A model generated the notes under the pieces. That model was not told the origin of the DNA. It did no database searches and was given only the letters and a program-made list of their open reading frames with translations. 64,000 nucleotides of DNA. It comes from Eledone cirrhosa. Taxonomy: Eukaryota. The first letter of the stretch is position 1. Each line of letters starts with the position of its first letter. The stretch covers positions 62,558,001 to 62,622,000 of the forward strand of contig OZ024742.1 in assembly GCA_964016885.1 (NCBI GenBank), written 5' to 3'. Of this stretch, positions 14,461 through 27,069 are shown in pieces. The translations under genes and the position numbers were made by a program.

Positions 14461-14799
14461 TCATTAAGACTATACAGAGCATTTGTAGTTTTTCCAAATT
14501 GAAGGATGAGTATCTTAAACTTTATTTTATTCTGAGTTAAGCATCTATTGATTTTTCCCTGGATTTCACCAAATTCTGTGGATGAATCTATATCCTGATT
14601 CTTTTTGAATTGAGTTTGAATTATTTCCCCACATCTTACGTTAACTATTTTTCCACTTTGACGATATAGTCACTTATATATTATGGAATACTGTTGGCTT
14701 CTTGCTACAATAATTTCTATATTTTTCATTTATATATATAAATTTATATATATAAATTTATATATATAAATTTATATATATAAATTTATATATATAAAT

Positions 14800-15195
14800 T
14801 AACCCACTCGATATGCAAATTGGGCTACTCAGCCGTTAATATGCATAAGTTAAGTATATACGTTCAACAATCTGGCAGGAAGGTATACGTTGCTGACGAT
14901 AGCTAATAAGCTTGAAACTAGTACAGCGTTCCTTTGTCAGTGTTGAACAAACGAGCAACGATAGTTGCTAGACACTACGGCTTAATACGGGATGTTTGTT
15001 TACAAACACACCGAGCGTTATAATAAATGTTCGGTGAATCCATACGTACATATATATATGTGTGCATGGATGTATATATATATACATACTATTGTACGTC
15101 TGTATACATATATGTATGTACGTGTACATACTTATATTTAAGTAACAGCCGTACTAAGAGTGGGAAATGAAATTTCATTTCATTTTTTCCGTTTA
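14800..15195 (+). mobile_element. ~430-nt non-coding HHR-bearing repeat (retrozyme / non-autonomous PLE-like), solo copy
   Basis: Homologous to the units at 18183-19740 and flanked by TA-rich repeats. Confidence 0.75.
14887..14929 (+). ncRNA. Minimal type I hammerhead ribozyme (retrozyme-like repeat)
   Basis: acgttg-CTGACGA-t agct aata agct t-GAAA-ctag-TA-cagcgt, with palindromic stem III ACTAGT and a GUA cleavage triplet. Confidence 0.85.
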
Positions 15196-15201
15196 TATAT
15201 A

Positions 15202-15270
<69 letters not shown>

Positions 15271-15497
15271 TTATATATATTTATATATGTTTATATGTAT
15301 ATGTCTATGTGTATGTATGTATGCATGTATGTATGTATGTGTATGTATGTATATGTATGTATGTATGTATATATATATATATGTGCATATATATATATAT
15401 ATATATATGTATATATGCACATATATATATATATACATACATACATACATATACATACATACACATACATACATACATGCATACATACATGTATCAT

Positions 15498-16800
15498 GGT
15501 CGGGTCGTTGGCGACGAAACTGTCAACCCCACCAAGGTTTCTTGGTGAGGAGGGTGACTTTGGACATCCTGCAGGACTAAAAACAAAACCTGTCAAAGGG
15601 CAAAGGTGCTCTTAAGAGTCAATGGCCATCCAAAATCACCGGGAGAGATGACCCCTTAGCCTTTGTCAAGGCAGAATTCTAGGAGAAGGAAAACTCTGAT
15701 ATAACACCTGCAACCCTGATGGTATCCAATGATGTTGACTTGTTCTTCTTTTTGGTAAATATCATCTTGGTTAAGAGAGTGGGACTGGCTTTGTGCAGTG
15801 CCTTTGCTCACTATAAAAGCTTCACGGCACAGGCATTGCTTTATATCTGGAGATCTCTCTGCACTTGTCGTCACATGGTACCATGGGCCCAGCACTATGT
15901 GTCAATAATTGTCACAAGTGTAGTGTTTGTACCAGAGTTTTCAAGTCGCTGGTTGAACTAAAAGTTACACTTGTTCAGTGCATCGGTAGGGGTTCTCCTA
16001 CTTGGATATAAAGTGGTGGCCGTACTCGAAAACGAGTTGGCAGCCACTACTATATATGTATGTATGCATGTATGTATATATGTATGGTTATATGGTTGTA
16101 TGTATGTATGTATGTATGTATGTAAGTATGTATACTTATATGTATGAATGTATATATGTATGTGTGTATGTATGTGTGTATGTATATATGTATGTCAGGT
16201 CACCAGTTGGTGCTACTGGTAACATGTATCCCAGTACAACCTGTCTCAAGGTCGGGTCGTTGGCGACTAAACTGGCAACCCCACCAAGGTTTCTTGGTGA
16301 GGTGGGTGACTTTGGACATCCTGCAGGACTAAAAACAAAACCTGTCAAAGGGCAAAGGAGCTCTTAAGAGTCAATGGCCATCCAAAATCACCGGGAGAGA
16401 TGACCCCTTAGCCTTTGTCAAGGCAGAATTCTAGGAGAAGGAAAACTCTGATATAACACCTGCAACCCTGATGGTATCCAATGATGTTGACTTGTTCTTC
16501 TTTTTGGTAAATATCATCTTGGTTAAGAGAGTGGGACTGGCTTTGTGCAGTGCCTTTGCTCACTATAAAAGCTTCACGGCACAGGCATTGCTTTATATCT
16601 GGAGATCTCTCTGCACTTGTCGTCACATGGTACCATGGGCCCAGCACTCTGTGCCAATAATTGTCACAAGTATAGTGTTTGTACCATAGTTTTCAAGTCG
16701 CTGGGTGGACTAAAAAGTCACACTCGTTCAGCGCATCGGTAGGGGTTCTCCTACATGGATATAAAGTAGTGGCCGTACTCGAAAACGAGTTGGCAGCCAC
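15498..16800 (+). repeat. Two near-identical ~550-bp direct copies (15498-16049, 16250-16800); the 5' half resembles an RTE 5' UTR
   Basis: Direct sequence identity and a ggagaaggaaaactctga motif. The copies are separated by (TATG)n. Confidence 0.7.
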
Positions 16801-16946
16801 CATATATATGTATATATGTACATGTACATATATATGTATATGTATATATGTGTGTTTATGTGTGTATATATTTATATATATATAAATATACATATACATA
16901 TATATGATATTAAATAAATGGAAACTATATTTATAAAACCATATTT

Positions 16947-17010
16947 ATTTCGTTATATATATTTCAGGGATATCATATTAACAATATGTTATGCCTTCTT
17001 CAGACAAAAT
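16947..17010 (-). ncRNA. Mirror hammerhead in left palindrome arm
   Basis: Reverse complement of 17160-17223. Confidence 0.85.
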
Positions 17011-17159
17011 ACAATATAAACAGTCTTATAAATAAATAGATACGACATACCTTTCAATCACCTTGCATTTGGGAGGTTGATTTGGCAAATCAACCTCCCA
17101 AATGCAAGGTGATTGAAAGGTATGTCGTATCTATTTATTTATAAGACTGTTTATATTGT

Positions 17160-17223
17160 ATTTTGTCTGAAGAAGGCATAACATATTGTTAATATGATAT
17201 CCCTGAAATATATATAACGAAAT
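17160..17223 (+). ncRNA. Type I hammerhead ribozyme in right palindrome arm
   Basis: attttgt-CTGAAGA-stem II (agg/cct, ata/tat, catatt/aatatg)-GAAA-tatata-TA-acgaaat, with a 7-bp stem I. Confidence 0.85.
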
Positions 17224-17444
17224 AAATATGGTTTTATAAATATAGTTTCCATTTATTTAATATCATAAATATACTCCAAATACTTGTTGAGTGCTTTTAT
17301 ATCAGTTATAAATATTTACTCGTTGTTAACCCAACAATTTAAATATAACTTTCCATGTATACATATATATATATATATATATGTATTTGTATTTGTGTAT
17401 TTATGTATATGTGTAGATGTGTTTGTATATGTTTGTATATGTTT

Positions 17445-17535
<91 letters not shown>

Positions 17536-17965
17536 TGTTGACACCTGCAATATAGCTTAAGAGAAACATGACAATAATGATAGGCACCCAATATTTGAAC
17601 TGGTTTATAGAATTCTCTCTGCCTTTGTCACTCTAAGTAGAGCTTTAAAGAATTAGCTTTTAAAGAATTTCCCTTTTCTTTAAATCCATCAACCATGACC
17701 GACCCCCAACCATTTTATAGACACCTGAAATATAGGCCTTGTTAGCTTAAGAGGAACTTAAAAATTAAGAGTGGCACCCTAATTTGAACTTGTTTATAGA
17801 ATTCTTTAAGCCTTTTTCACTCTAAATATAAATTATAGCCTTAAAGAATTAGCTTTGAATGAATTCTCTTTTCTTTCAACCAATGACCTCCACCCATCCC
17901 ACACTACACCCTCTCCTGCCACCAGAAATGATATATATACCACAACACATTTATTTTGGACAGCC

Positions 17966-18016
17966 AGATTCCTGATGATTTCTAAAGAATGAAACAGTTC
18001 TAGTCCTGTAGAATCT
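17966..18016 (+). ncRNA. Type I hammerhead ribozyme (separate family)
   Basis: agattc-CTGATGA-t ttc taaa gaa t-GAAA-cag ttctagtc ctg-TA-gaatct. All three stems form and the triplet is GUA. Confidence 0.88.
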
Positions 18017-18099
18017 CATCTATATTAAAACTTTTATACTCTGCTATGTATTGAGTACTTTACTTACTGCGGTTACCTCCGATTCAACGCGGAATAACT

Positions 18100-18186
<87 letters not shown>

Positions 18187-18450
18187 GGAAAACAATGAAA
18201 CGAAATTTCATTTCTCACTCTTAGTACGGCTGATACCTAAATATAAGTAGGTATACGTACATACATATATGTGTACAGACGTACAGTAGTATGTATATAT
18301 ATACATACATGCACACATATATATATATGTACGTATGCGTTTACCGAACATTTATCATAATGTTCGGTTTGTTTGTAAACAAACAGCCCGAATTACGCCG
18401 TACAGTGCTCGGCTACCATCGTCGCCCTTTTATTCTACACTGACACAGGA

Positions 18451-18493
18451 AGGATGTACTAGTTTCAAGCTTATTAGCTATCGTCAGCATCGT
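18451..18493 (-). ncRNA. Minimal type I hammerhead ribozyme (retrozyme-like repeat)
   Basis: Reverse complement reads acgatg-CTGACGA-tagctaataagctt-GAAA-ctag-TA-catcct. Confidence 0.85.
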
Positions 18494-18674
18494 ATACCTT
18501 TCTGTCAGATGATTGAACGTTTTGAAAGTATATACTTTCCTTATGCATATTAATGGCTGAGCAGCCTAATTTGCATATCGAGTGAGTTAGTCGGCCGGGC
18601 GCAACGAAAAAGATAAATGATAAAGAATGAAACGAAATTCGTCGCCCATTTGTTCAACACGGACAGAAAGGTAT

Positions 18675-18717
18675 ACGATGCTGACGATAGTTAATAAGCT
18701 TGAAACTAGTACATCGT
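18675..18717 (+). ncRNA. Minimal type I hammerhead ribozyme (retrozyme-like repeat)
   Basis: acgatg-CTGACGA-tagttaataagctt-GAAA-ctag-TA-catcgt, with a perfect 6-bp stem I. Confidence 0.88.
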
Positions 18718-18983
18718 TCCTGTGTCAGTGTTGAACAAAAGAGCGACGATGGTTGCCGAGCACTGTACGGCGTAATTCGGGCTGTTTGTTTACAAACAAA
18801 CCGAACATTATAATAAATGGTCGGTAAACCCATACGTACATATATATATATATATATATATGGGTTAATGCATGTATATATATATATACATACTACTGTA
18901 CATCTGTACACATACAAGTATGTACGTACACATAAGTATATATGTATACGTACATACATATATTTATACAGACGTACAGTAGC

Positions 18984-19037
<54 letters not shown>

Positions 19038-19156
19038 GTGGTTGCCTTAACACCGTACGGCATAAATCAGGCTGTCCGTTTGTTTACAAACGAACAAAGC
19101 GAACATTATAATAAATGTTCGCTAAACTGATACGTACATATATATATGTGTGCCTG

Positions 19157-19251
<95 letters not shown>

Positions 19252-19484
19252 GCTAGTGTACGTCTGTATACATATATGTATGTACGTATACATACATACT
19301 TACATTTAAGGAAGTGCCGTACTAAGAGTGAGAAATAAAATTTCGTTTCATTCTTTTCCATTTATCGTTTTCGGTGCGCCCGGCCGACTAACTCACTCGA
19401 TATGCAAATTAGGCTGCTCAGCCGTTAATATGCATTGGGAAAGTATATACTTTCGAAACGTTCAATCATCTGACAGATAGGTAT

Positions 19485-19527
19485 ACGATGCTGACGATAG
19501 CTAATAAGCTTAAAACTCGTACATCGT
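19485..19527 (+). ncRNA. Degenerate copy of the same hammerhead
   Basis: CTGACGA is intact, but GAAA has become AAAA and ctag has become ctcg. Confidence 0.65.
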
Positions 19528-19747
19528 TCCTGTGTCAGTGTTGAACAAAAGGGCGACGATAGTTGCCGAGCACTGTACGGCGTAATTCGGGCTGTTTGTT
19601 TAGAAACAAGCCGAACATTATAATAAATGTTCGGTAAACCCATACGTACATATATATGTGTGTGCATGTATGTATATATATACGTACTACTGTACGTCTG
19701 TACACATATTTGTATGTACGTATACATACTTATATATATATATATAT

Positions 19748-19825
<78 letters not shown>

Positions 19826-19829
<4 letters not shown>

Positions 19830-20074
19830 ATGTAATAAACAACATAAGATAATTATTTCATTTACAAGTGGTTTCTTGAAACCAAACATATTTACTTTCA
19901 GTCATCAGAATGAAAAAATCCTGGGGTATTTATTGAAAGTGGATTTGAAAAACAAAAAATATAATAAATATGAAAGTGAGGCTGGAGGAAGAAGAAAATG
20001 AGAAAAATAATAATAAATATAAAAGTATTTAAACACACACACTCACACATATACATATATATATGCATATATAT

Positions 20075-20146
<72 letters not shown>

Positions 20147-20423
20147 ATACATACACATGCATATAAATACACATACACACACACACATATATATATATAT
20201 ATACATACACACACATACATATACATATATACACACATACATATACATATATACACACATACATACGCACCCACATATATAGATATATACATACACACGC
20301 ACACACATATAATTATAAATACACCAGGATTTTTTCATTCTGATGAATGAAAGCAAATTTATTTGCTTTCAAGAAACCACTGGTAAATGAAATAATTATC
20401 TTATGTTGTTTATTTCATAACTA
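19826..20423. repeat. ~105-bp imperfect inverted repeats around a TA/CA microsatellite
   Basis: 19826-19932 is the reverse complement of ~20315-20423. Confidence 0.8.
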
Positions 20424-20485
20424 ATAAGCTCTGTAACCTACATAGAGCACTCTTTTTTACTGGACCTTTCCGACGGAATTACTTC

Positions 20486-20555
<70 letters not shown>

Positions 20556-20579
20556 GAGATCCCACCCGCAATAACTTAC

Positions 20580-20674
<95 letters not shown>

Positions 20675-20929
20675 AGTTATATATATATATATAGTTAAAA
20701 GAATAGAGGTGTAACACACAAGTTATTATATATTGGTAAACGGAATAGAAAATGCTGACAAATTGTTCACAGTTGAAACATGGTTTAATTAGGAATAAAA
20801 GAGTATTAGTGATTGTATGGGTTAGTATTCAGTTGTGGTTTTAAGTTTTTAAAGTTTTTACCGGTTGCGCATTTCTAAATGCTTTTCAAAAATAATTTTG
20901 AGATAGAGTGTCCGTGCTGTTTGCTCTGA

Positions 20930-20980
<51 letters not shown>

Positions 20981-21015
20981 AGTTATTGCGGGTGGAATCT
21001 CTTCTATAATTAAAC

Positions 21016-21082
<67 letters not shown>

Positions 21083-21086
<4 letters not shown>

Positions 21087-22036
21087 TAAATCATGTCTAT
21101 AGAATCAATCAGATATTAAAATATATACTATTTCTTCTTCTAATTAGCATAGTTTACCATATACATAATCAAATCTAGCAAGCTTTAAGAATAAATTTTC
21201 TTACGGGGAAATCTCTGACAAACAATTGATCGATGATATAATGCTCTGATTTTTTTATTTTAATTTATTAATTCTTCATTGAGCTTAAAAGTGAACAGTT
21301 GCAACACATATATATATATCTTTAATTTAATTGTATTTATATGATAACCTTTATATTTAATAATCTCCCTATTGGTTGAGATTAAATTTGGCGATATATG
21401 GCTGCGCTTTCTAGCAGCAAGCCTACCCGCCGTAAGCAACTAATCACATGCTTTCTCTCTGGCTGGTACACAGCTACATAGCGATCTTAGCCATTTTTGA
21501 ATCTAGATTTGGCGCGGTCGGTTTGAGAAATTAAATGTCTGATTCTGAGTTTATCTCCTGATGAATCCTAACTCAGGACAAATCCATATTATTTGGATGT
21601 CCTAAATAAGGAAGAAACCATGGAAGAAATGCGCACATATTACGGTATGTGCGCATTTCTTCTAAGTTTAATTTTACTACTAATTATGTGCGGTTGATGG
21701 TATATTTGATTGGATTCTGCATGCTGCCGAAATGTTTGATAAATAGTGGAACGGAGCTGCCGCGAAGAGGCTACGGTCGATTGTTTGTCAGAGATTTCCC
21801 CGTAAGAAAATTTATTCTTAAAGCTTGCTAGATTTGATTATGTATATGGTAAACTATGCTAATTAGAAGAAGAAATAGTATATATTTTAATATCTGATTG
21901 ATTCTATAGACATGATTTATGATATAATGCTCTGATTTTTTGATTTTAATTTATTAATTCTTCATTGAGTTTAAAAGTGAACAGTTGCAACACATATATA
22001 TATATGTCTTTAATTTAATTTTATGTATATGATAAC

Positions 22037-22042
<6 letters not shown>
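21083..22042. mobile_element. Non-coding element with an inverted plus direct terminal repeat (PLE-type architecture)
   Basis: 21083-21232 is the reverse complement of ~21775-21925, and 21232-21355 is a direct repeat of 21919-22042. Flanked by (TA)n. Confidence 0.7.
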
Positions 22043-22092
<50 letters not shown>

Positions 22093-22227
22093 GCGCGTGT
22101 GTGTGTGTGTCTCTATGTGTAGTTGTGTATAAGTGTGCATGTGCTTGTTTGCATGAGTGTGTGTGAGGGATTAAATGCTACTCTTATCAATAAAACGTAC
22201 CATGAGCTAATTAGAAGACAGACATAC

Positions 22228-22385
22228 CCACTATTCATACTGAACTTATCAAATCCGTCACCAAAGTCATTCCATGGGAAATGTAGAACTCTATCTTTTT
22301 TAAACCAGTTCATATTGTCTGAACCTGTTCCATTGAAGGTAATTGTCAGAACCTCAGTTTTGTTTTTTTCAAGAACCACTTTTAC
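22228..22385 (-). CDS. Host gene copy A, coding exon 3
   Basis: Acceptor ttatttcAG and donor gtatgt. 158 nt, phase 0 to 2, VKVVLEKNKTEVLTITFNGTGSDNMNWFKKDRVLHFPWNDFGDGFDKFSMNS(G). Confidence 0.8.
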
Positions 22386-23279
22386 CTGAAATAAACAATT
22401 ACAACAATCAGTGATGTGAGAATAACATTAACAGTTATATCAAGTCTGATATATCAACATGTATAAACATTTATATATAACAATCAAGAAAGCTTCTCAA
22501 GACAACAAATAGATCATTGTGTAGTTACTTGATCTGCTAAAATTAGAGCCCAAATTCCCCTCATATCACACCCTACCTTATTAAAATAGAATCAACACAA
22601 TATAAAATGTAGTTCTAGATACTTTATGTCTGAATGTAGAAACACTACATAATGTAATTCTAGATATAATATGTCTGAATGATCTCATATGTGTTATTTT
22701 GGTTCTAGATATATTATGTCTGAAAAATATAATTGACGGTATTTTCCAAGATACACAATGTCTAAACGAAGACATCAGCACCCTCACAATGTAAGGCCTA
22801 TTTTCCATACTTGAATGGTTTAGATGGTTTACCACGTTATGACCAAATAAGATCTGGTGGCCATGTCTTGCTCTTATGGAATTTGTTTTGGCTTGATTTC
22901 TAATTATAGATGTTCATTCTAATGCCACCGCATAACAGCGGGCACTGGGTGTCTTTATCAGGACATCCAAACAATAATCTGGGTGCTTTTTATTCGTCGA
23001 AACAGAACAACAATCTTCAGAGTAGATTGTGTACTTTTTTCTTGTATCACTTTCACGACCACATTACACAATCATCGGACACATTGGATAATGAAGAGCT
23101 AGATATATTATGTTTCAATGAAGACACAATAGGAAATAGATTTATTGTGCCTGATTATATATTCAAGAATGTAGTCTTAGATACATTAAATCTGAATTAT
23201 CACATATCAGTTATTGGGGTTCGAGACATATTTTGACTGAAATATATAATTACCTGTATTAGTTTCAAAATCATACATG

Positions 23280-24020
23280 ACTATGCTTAGAAGTGAGAAT
23301 AAGATAGATGAAATGTCATCTTGGAGGAACAACTGGTATGTTAGCTCTCATTTTGTTTGAAATATGCATTTTTACAATATAAGAAAAGGAAATGCCAATA
23401 ACATATCTGATACTCAAAGAGGGTATAGCTGCTGGATTAACACTTTGATGCCAAAACAGTTGCAGATTAAACATATGGTATACCATCTACATCTTAAGCA
23501 GCTGTTCGACATTATCATGATGGTACTATGTACCAATGTGACATGATGTAGTGATCAAACACTTAGTAATGAGATTGGTAGAAAAATAGTCCTGAAAATA
23601 CAAATATCCAAAGGGGTATTGATGGCGAGAAAATATTCACACATAATATGGAAGAGAACTGGACTGTTCTTGTCAAAACTACAGTAAAATATAGACATAA
23701 CAAACCAGATTTAATGACATTGGACAGGGCAAAAGGGACATCCACAATAGTTAATATTATTAACTACCTAACAAATGTTAATATAGTGTTAGAAGTTATT
23801 GAAAAGAAGAACATCTATGCCAAATTAACTAATAATCTGCAGATCCTCGATCATGACTCTACCTTTATATTTCTACCTGTGATCTTTTGGGCAATTGGAT
23901 ATGTTACTAACTGCTTCAGTACAAATATTAAGAAACTGGGCTACGCAGAATTAGAAAAAGCATGAAAAATTAAGACATTGTAAGTATAATTTATCAAGGG
24001 AACTGTAAAAGTAAACAAAA
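23280..24020 (+). mobile_element. Decayed REL-endonuclease non-LTR element 3' fragment (R4/R2-like)
   Basis: RHNKPDL..EKKNIYAKL..LPVIFWAIGYV. Confidence 0.6.
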
Positions 24021-24316
24021 CTTTCCAGCACATGTGTATATATAGATATGGAAATGTATGTATATGTGCACATATATAATTCAAAATATTCAAATCCATA
24101 TATGCAATGACATCCATATCTTCACACAAACAAACATGCATACAGAGAATACATAATTACCTACATGATAACTAAATTGTATATTGATGTCTGAATGAAT
24201 CTTGTTTGGGGATTAGAAACAGGCTCACCCTTTCAATTTCTATTTATGTGAAACTAATAAAAATAAAACCAGATGAAAATATATACATAGCGAGTAGGAA
24301 AATAAATATATCTTAC

Positions 24317-24489
24317 ATTCTCAACCGATATATTTTTCCAAGTATTTATAAAATAATCTCGGTAGGCCTCAGAACAAATTGTCTTCTGTTGACAATTATT
24401 TATAGCATTATCACTGCTGTTTTTTCGATATAAATTGATTGGTGGTAATTTGCAGTTATTTGGTAAGACATAGATCTTATGCCATTTAC
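24317..24489 (-). CDS. Host gene copy A, coding exon 2
   Basis: Acceptor ttttcttctccAG and donor gtaaga. 173 nt, phase 1 to 0, open frame (G)KWHKIYVLPNNCKLPPINLYRKNSSDNAINNCQQKTICSEAYRDYFINTWKNISVEN. Phases match exons 1 and 3. Confidence 0.8.
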
Positions 24490-25661
24490 CTGGAGAAGAA
24501 AAAACTTCTTTTTAAATTTGAATAACACTTAGAATATATAGGCGTAAGAACAAGAAACAGAAAATTGTGGAAGGAATCTTCAAAAGAGAGAGATAGTAAT
24601 TATAGGTAAAGTCTCTAGACAACTACGTTTCAGTGTTTGGTTGTAAGTCATTTCACTTCCCTATCGCCAAATATTTTTGTTTAGCCCGTGGTCATCATCT
24701 CTTAGTGATTAAAGTTTTTATGTTAGCCTTTAATTTGATGTAAATGTGGCCGTTATTTCTAGCATGGTGACCCACCGAAGAGACGACACCCAATTGTCTC
24801 TTTTCCAGTTTTGTTGTATAAAATGGTACAGCCAATCGTTGGGGTTCGACCCTAGATGCTAGAGTGTATTTATCATAGTATGTTAATAAACCTTAGAAAT
24901 ACTGAGCAGTGCCCATCTCCATACCAAGCATCCAGTCTCTCATCATGTCTAGTCTGTCAGATGAAGCATGACTGACAAATGTTCCAGAAATGTGAGAATC
25001 AGATGAGAAAAAGTGTACCTATCCCTAAGAATGCCACCTGTCAGACATCAAACTATTTTTCCTACTCAAACTTGGCAGTTTTGAGAAAATATTTCTTGGT
25101 TAAAGGTTATGTAAATCTTAGAGAACATCCTGTATTGAAATAATGTTTAGATAACTTCCTGTATTGAAATAATATTTAGATAATATCCTGTATTGAAATA
25201 ATGTTTCTTCAAATCACTTTACACTATTTTTAGTGGAAAATGGCATAACACTAACTGCAATAATGTTATATTAATTTGTTTAATTCTGATTTCAAAGAGG
25301 CAGTAGGTAATGGTACATCCTCACTAACGATCTGTACATCCTCACTAACGATCGAACTCGTATTGAATTAGCATATCTTTGGATCACTTTATTCTGTGGT
25401 AATATTTAACCATAAACATGTGATCATATTTATGGCAATGACATGATAGATGTGTTACCAACTCCCAGCATCTTCTATTAGAACTAATGGTTTCTGATGG
25501 ACGAAACTTTTTCAGTTAATAGCAGCGAAACCTCCAATACCCTGGTATGGTATCAAAGTATCATAACACAGAAGGGTAGGATGTGAAGGATACTTCACTT
25601 CTAATTCTCTCATATCTTGCTTCAATGTAAAATTCTCATTAGTTTATACATATCTGTGTAC

Positions 25662-26545
25662 ATCATCATCATCATCATCATCGTTTAACGTCTATCTTCT
25701 ACGCCTGCATGGGTCAGACGGGAATTGTCCCATTTGAGGCAAGATTGGTCGTGTGACCATGTCTCGCTTGTATAGGACTGTATCTGGCAGGTTTTCTATG
25801 GCTGGATGCCCTTCCTAACGCCAACCACATTTAGACATTCTAACCATGTACCCAATGTATCAGAGCTGAGGTGTCTCAATTCGGAGAAGTAGCGTCTCTA
25901 CATCGAGTGACACTTTAGCCATGCAGCACTGAGCATCAGACCTATCGAGTGCAAGTCGTATATCATCTCTGTCGACAGCATCTTCTGATATAAACGTGGT
26001 GCATCAGGGAGTTGTGACTAATCTCTCAGAGCCGGAGGTCCCAATATCAGTTAAAGAGCTCTAATGTGGCAAAGCTACTGGGGGGATGAAATCCGGCTTG
26101 AGATATTAAAAGCCTTAAATAGAGAAGGTATTCTCTGGCACACTCGTGTGTGTTGGGTGGTATGGAACTGTGGAAAGACACCTAAGCAATGGCAATCGGG
26201 GGTGATAATCCCAGTTTTCAAAAAGGGAGACAACAGGGATTTTTACAATTAGAGATGGATCTCCTTGTTAAACCTTCCCGGTGAAGTCAATGCCAAGTGT
26301 CTGGCAAAGAGATTCAGGGACATTGTTGACTCCAAGCTAGCTGATGAACAGTGTGGTTTTCGCCCCAGACGCAGCATAGCTGAAATATATTCATACTGCA
26401 GCATGTTCTTCAATAAAACGTGGGTGTATGTACAAGGGGTAAATTAAATTTTGTAGACCTCGAAAAGGCATAAGACTTCATTCCTCATGACCTGTTGTGG
26501 AATGTTGTGCAGGAGCATGGAATCGACAGTCAGTTGCTTGGTACC
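25662..26545. mobile_element. RTE-clade fragments: 3' tail with (GAT)n on minus, RT fragment on plus (~25990-26545)
   Basis: GDEIRLEILKAL..WQSGVIIPVFKKGD..EQCGFRP. Confidence 0.7.
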
Positions 26546-27069
26546 CTGATATCTCTATACAAATTACCGAATATTCTATATTGTCTATAAATAAATATAT
26601 ATTTAAAGATAATTACATTTATTGTGAAAATCTAATTATCAATATTAAAATAAGAAATAAAAATATAAACTCATATTCTATTAACAGTTTATATTTTAAT
26701 TAACATTAGAATAAACATAATCCTATGTAATCAACAACAATTTAATGTTAAATGCAGGTCAAACATAAAGAGCTAAATTTCTATGTAACATTAGGATCCC
26801 AGGTAGTTTAATCCTGCTCTATCGTGTATTACATGCATTTCCTGGTAGACTACTTACCAGATATTTCCTGGTTATACTATCATTCTGACTGTAATGAAAT
26901 AAATCGCAACTAAAATATTGAGCTCAAGTGTTGTTCAAAGGTTATTTATTAGGAAGATATGTACTCAGGTAATTGAACTAGAAATACTGAATTGATAGAG
27001 GTTACTGTATAATAAATTTATACACCAGTCATCTTGAAGTAGAAAGGTTTGTGAAATAATTTTACTTAC

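Larger units (their letters stand above)
16903..17267. repeat. Palindrome with 182-bp arms and a 1-nt spacer (centre 17085)
   Basis: Centre reads gggaggttgatttg-g-caaatcaacctccc. Arms are complementary out to 16903/17267 by eye. Confidence 0.92.
18183..19740. mobile_element. Array of the ~430-nt HHR-bearing repeat: one minus unit (18183-18640), then head-to-tail plus units (~18660-19740)
   Basis: Repeated blocks ctcgatatgcaaatt, gtttgtttacaaac and gccgtactaagagtg occur in both orientations. No real ORF. Confidence 0.8.

Noticed and set aside
16195-16280. Possible HDV-like ribozyme at the RTE-like 5' end (ggcgactaa, ccagt/actgg pairing)
   Set aside because: I could not build P1 and a proper L3, so only hairpins are supported.
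22610-22770. Four ttctagata..atgtctgaa motifs spaced ~41-45 bp apart with variable spacers (CRISPR-like look)
   Set aside because: It lies in a eukaryotic intron, the repeats are degenerate and there are no cas genes. A decayed minisatellite is more likely.
25128-25352. Short tandem repeats (3x ~28 bp and 2x 20 bp)
   Set aside because: Ordinary slippage duplications in intron sequence.
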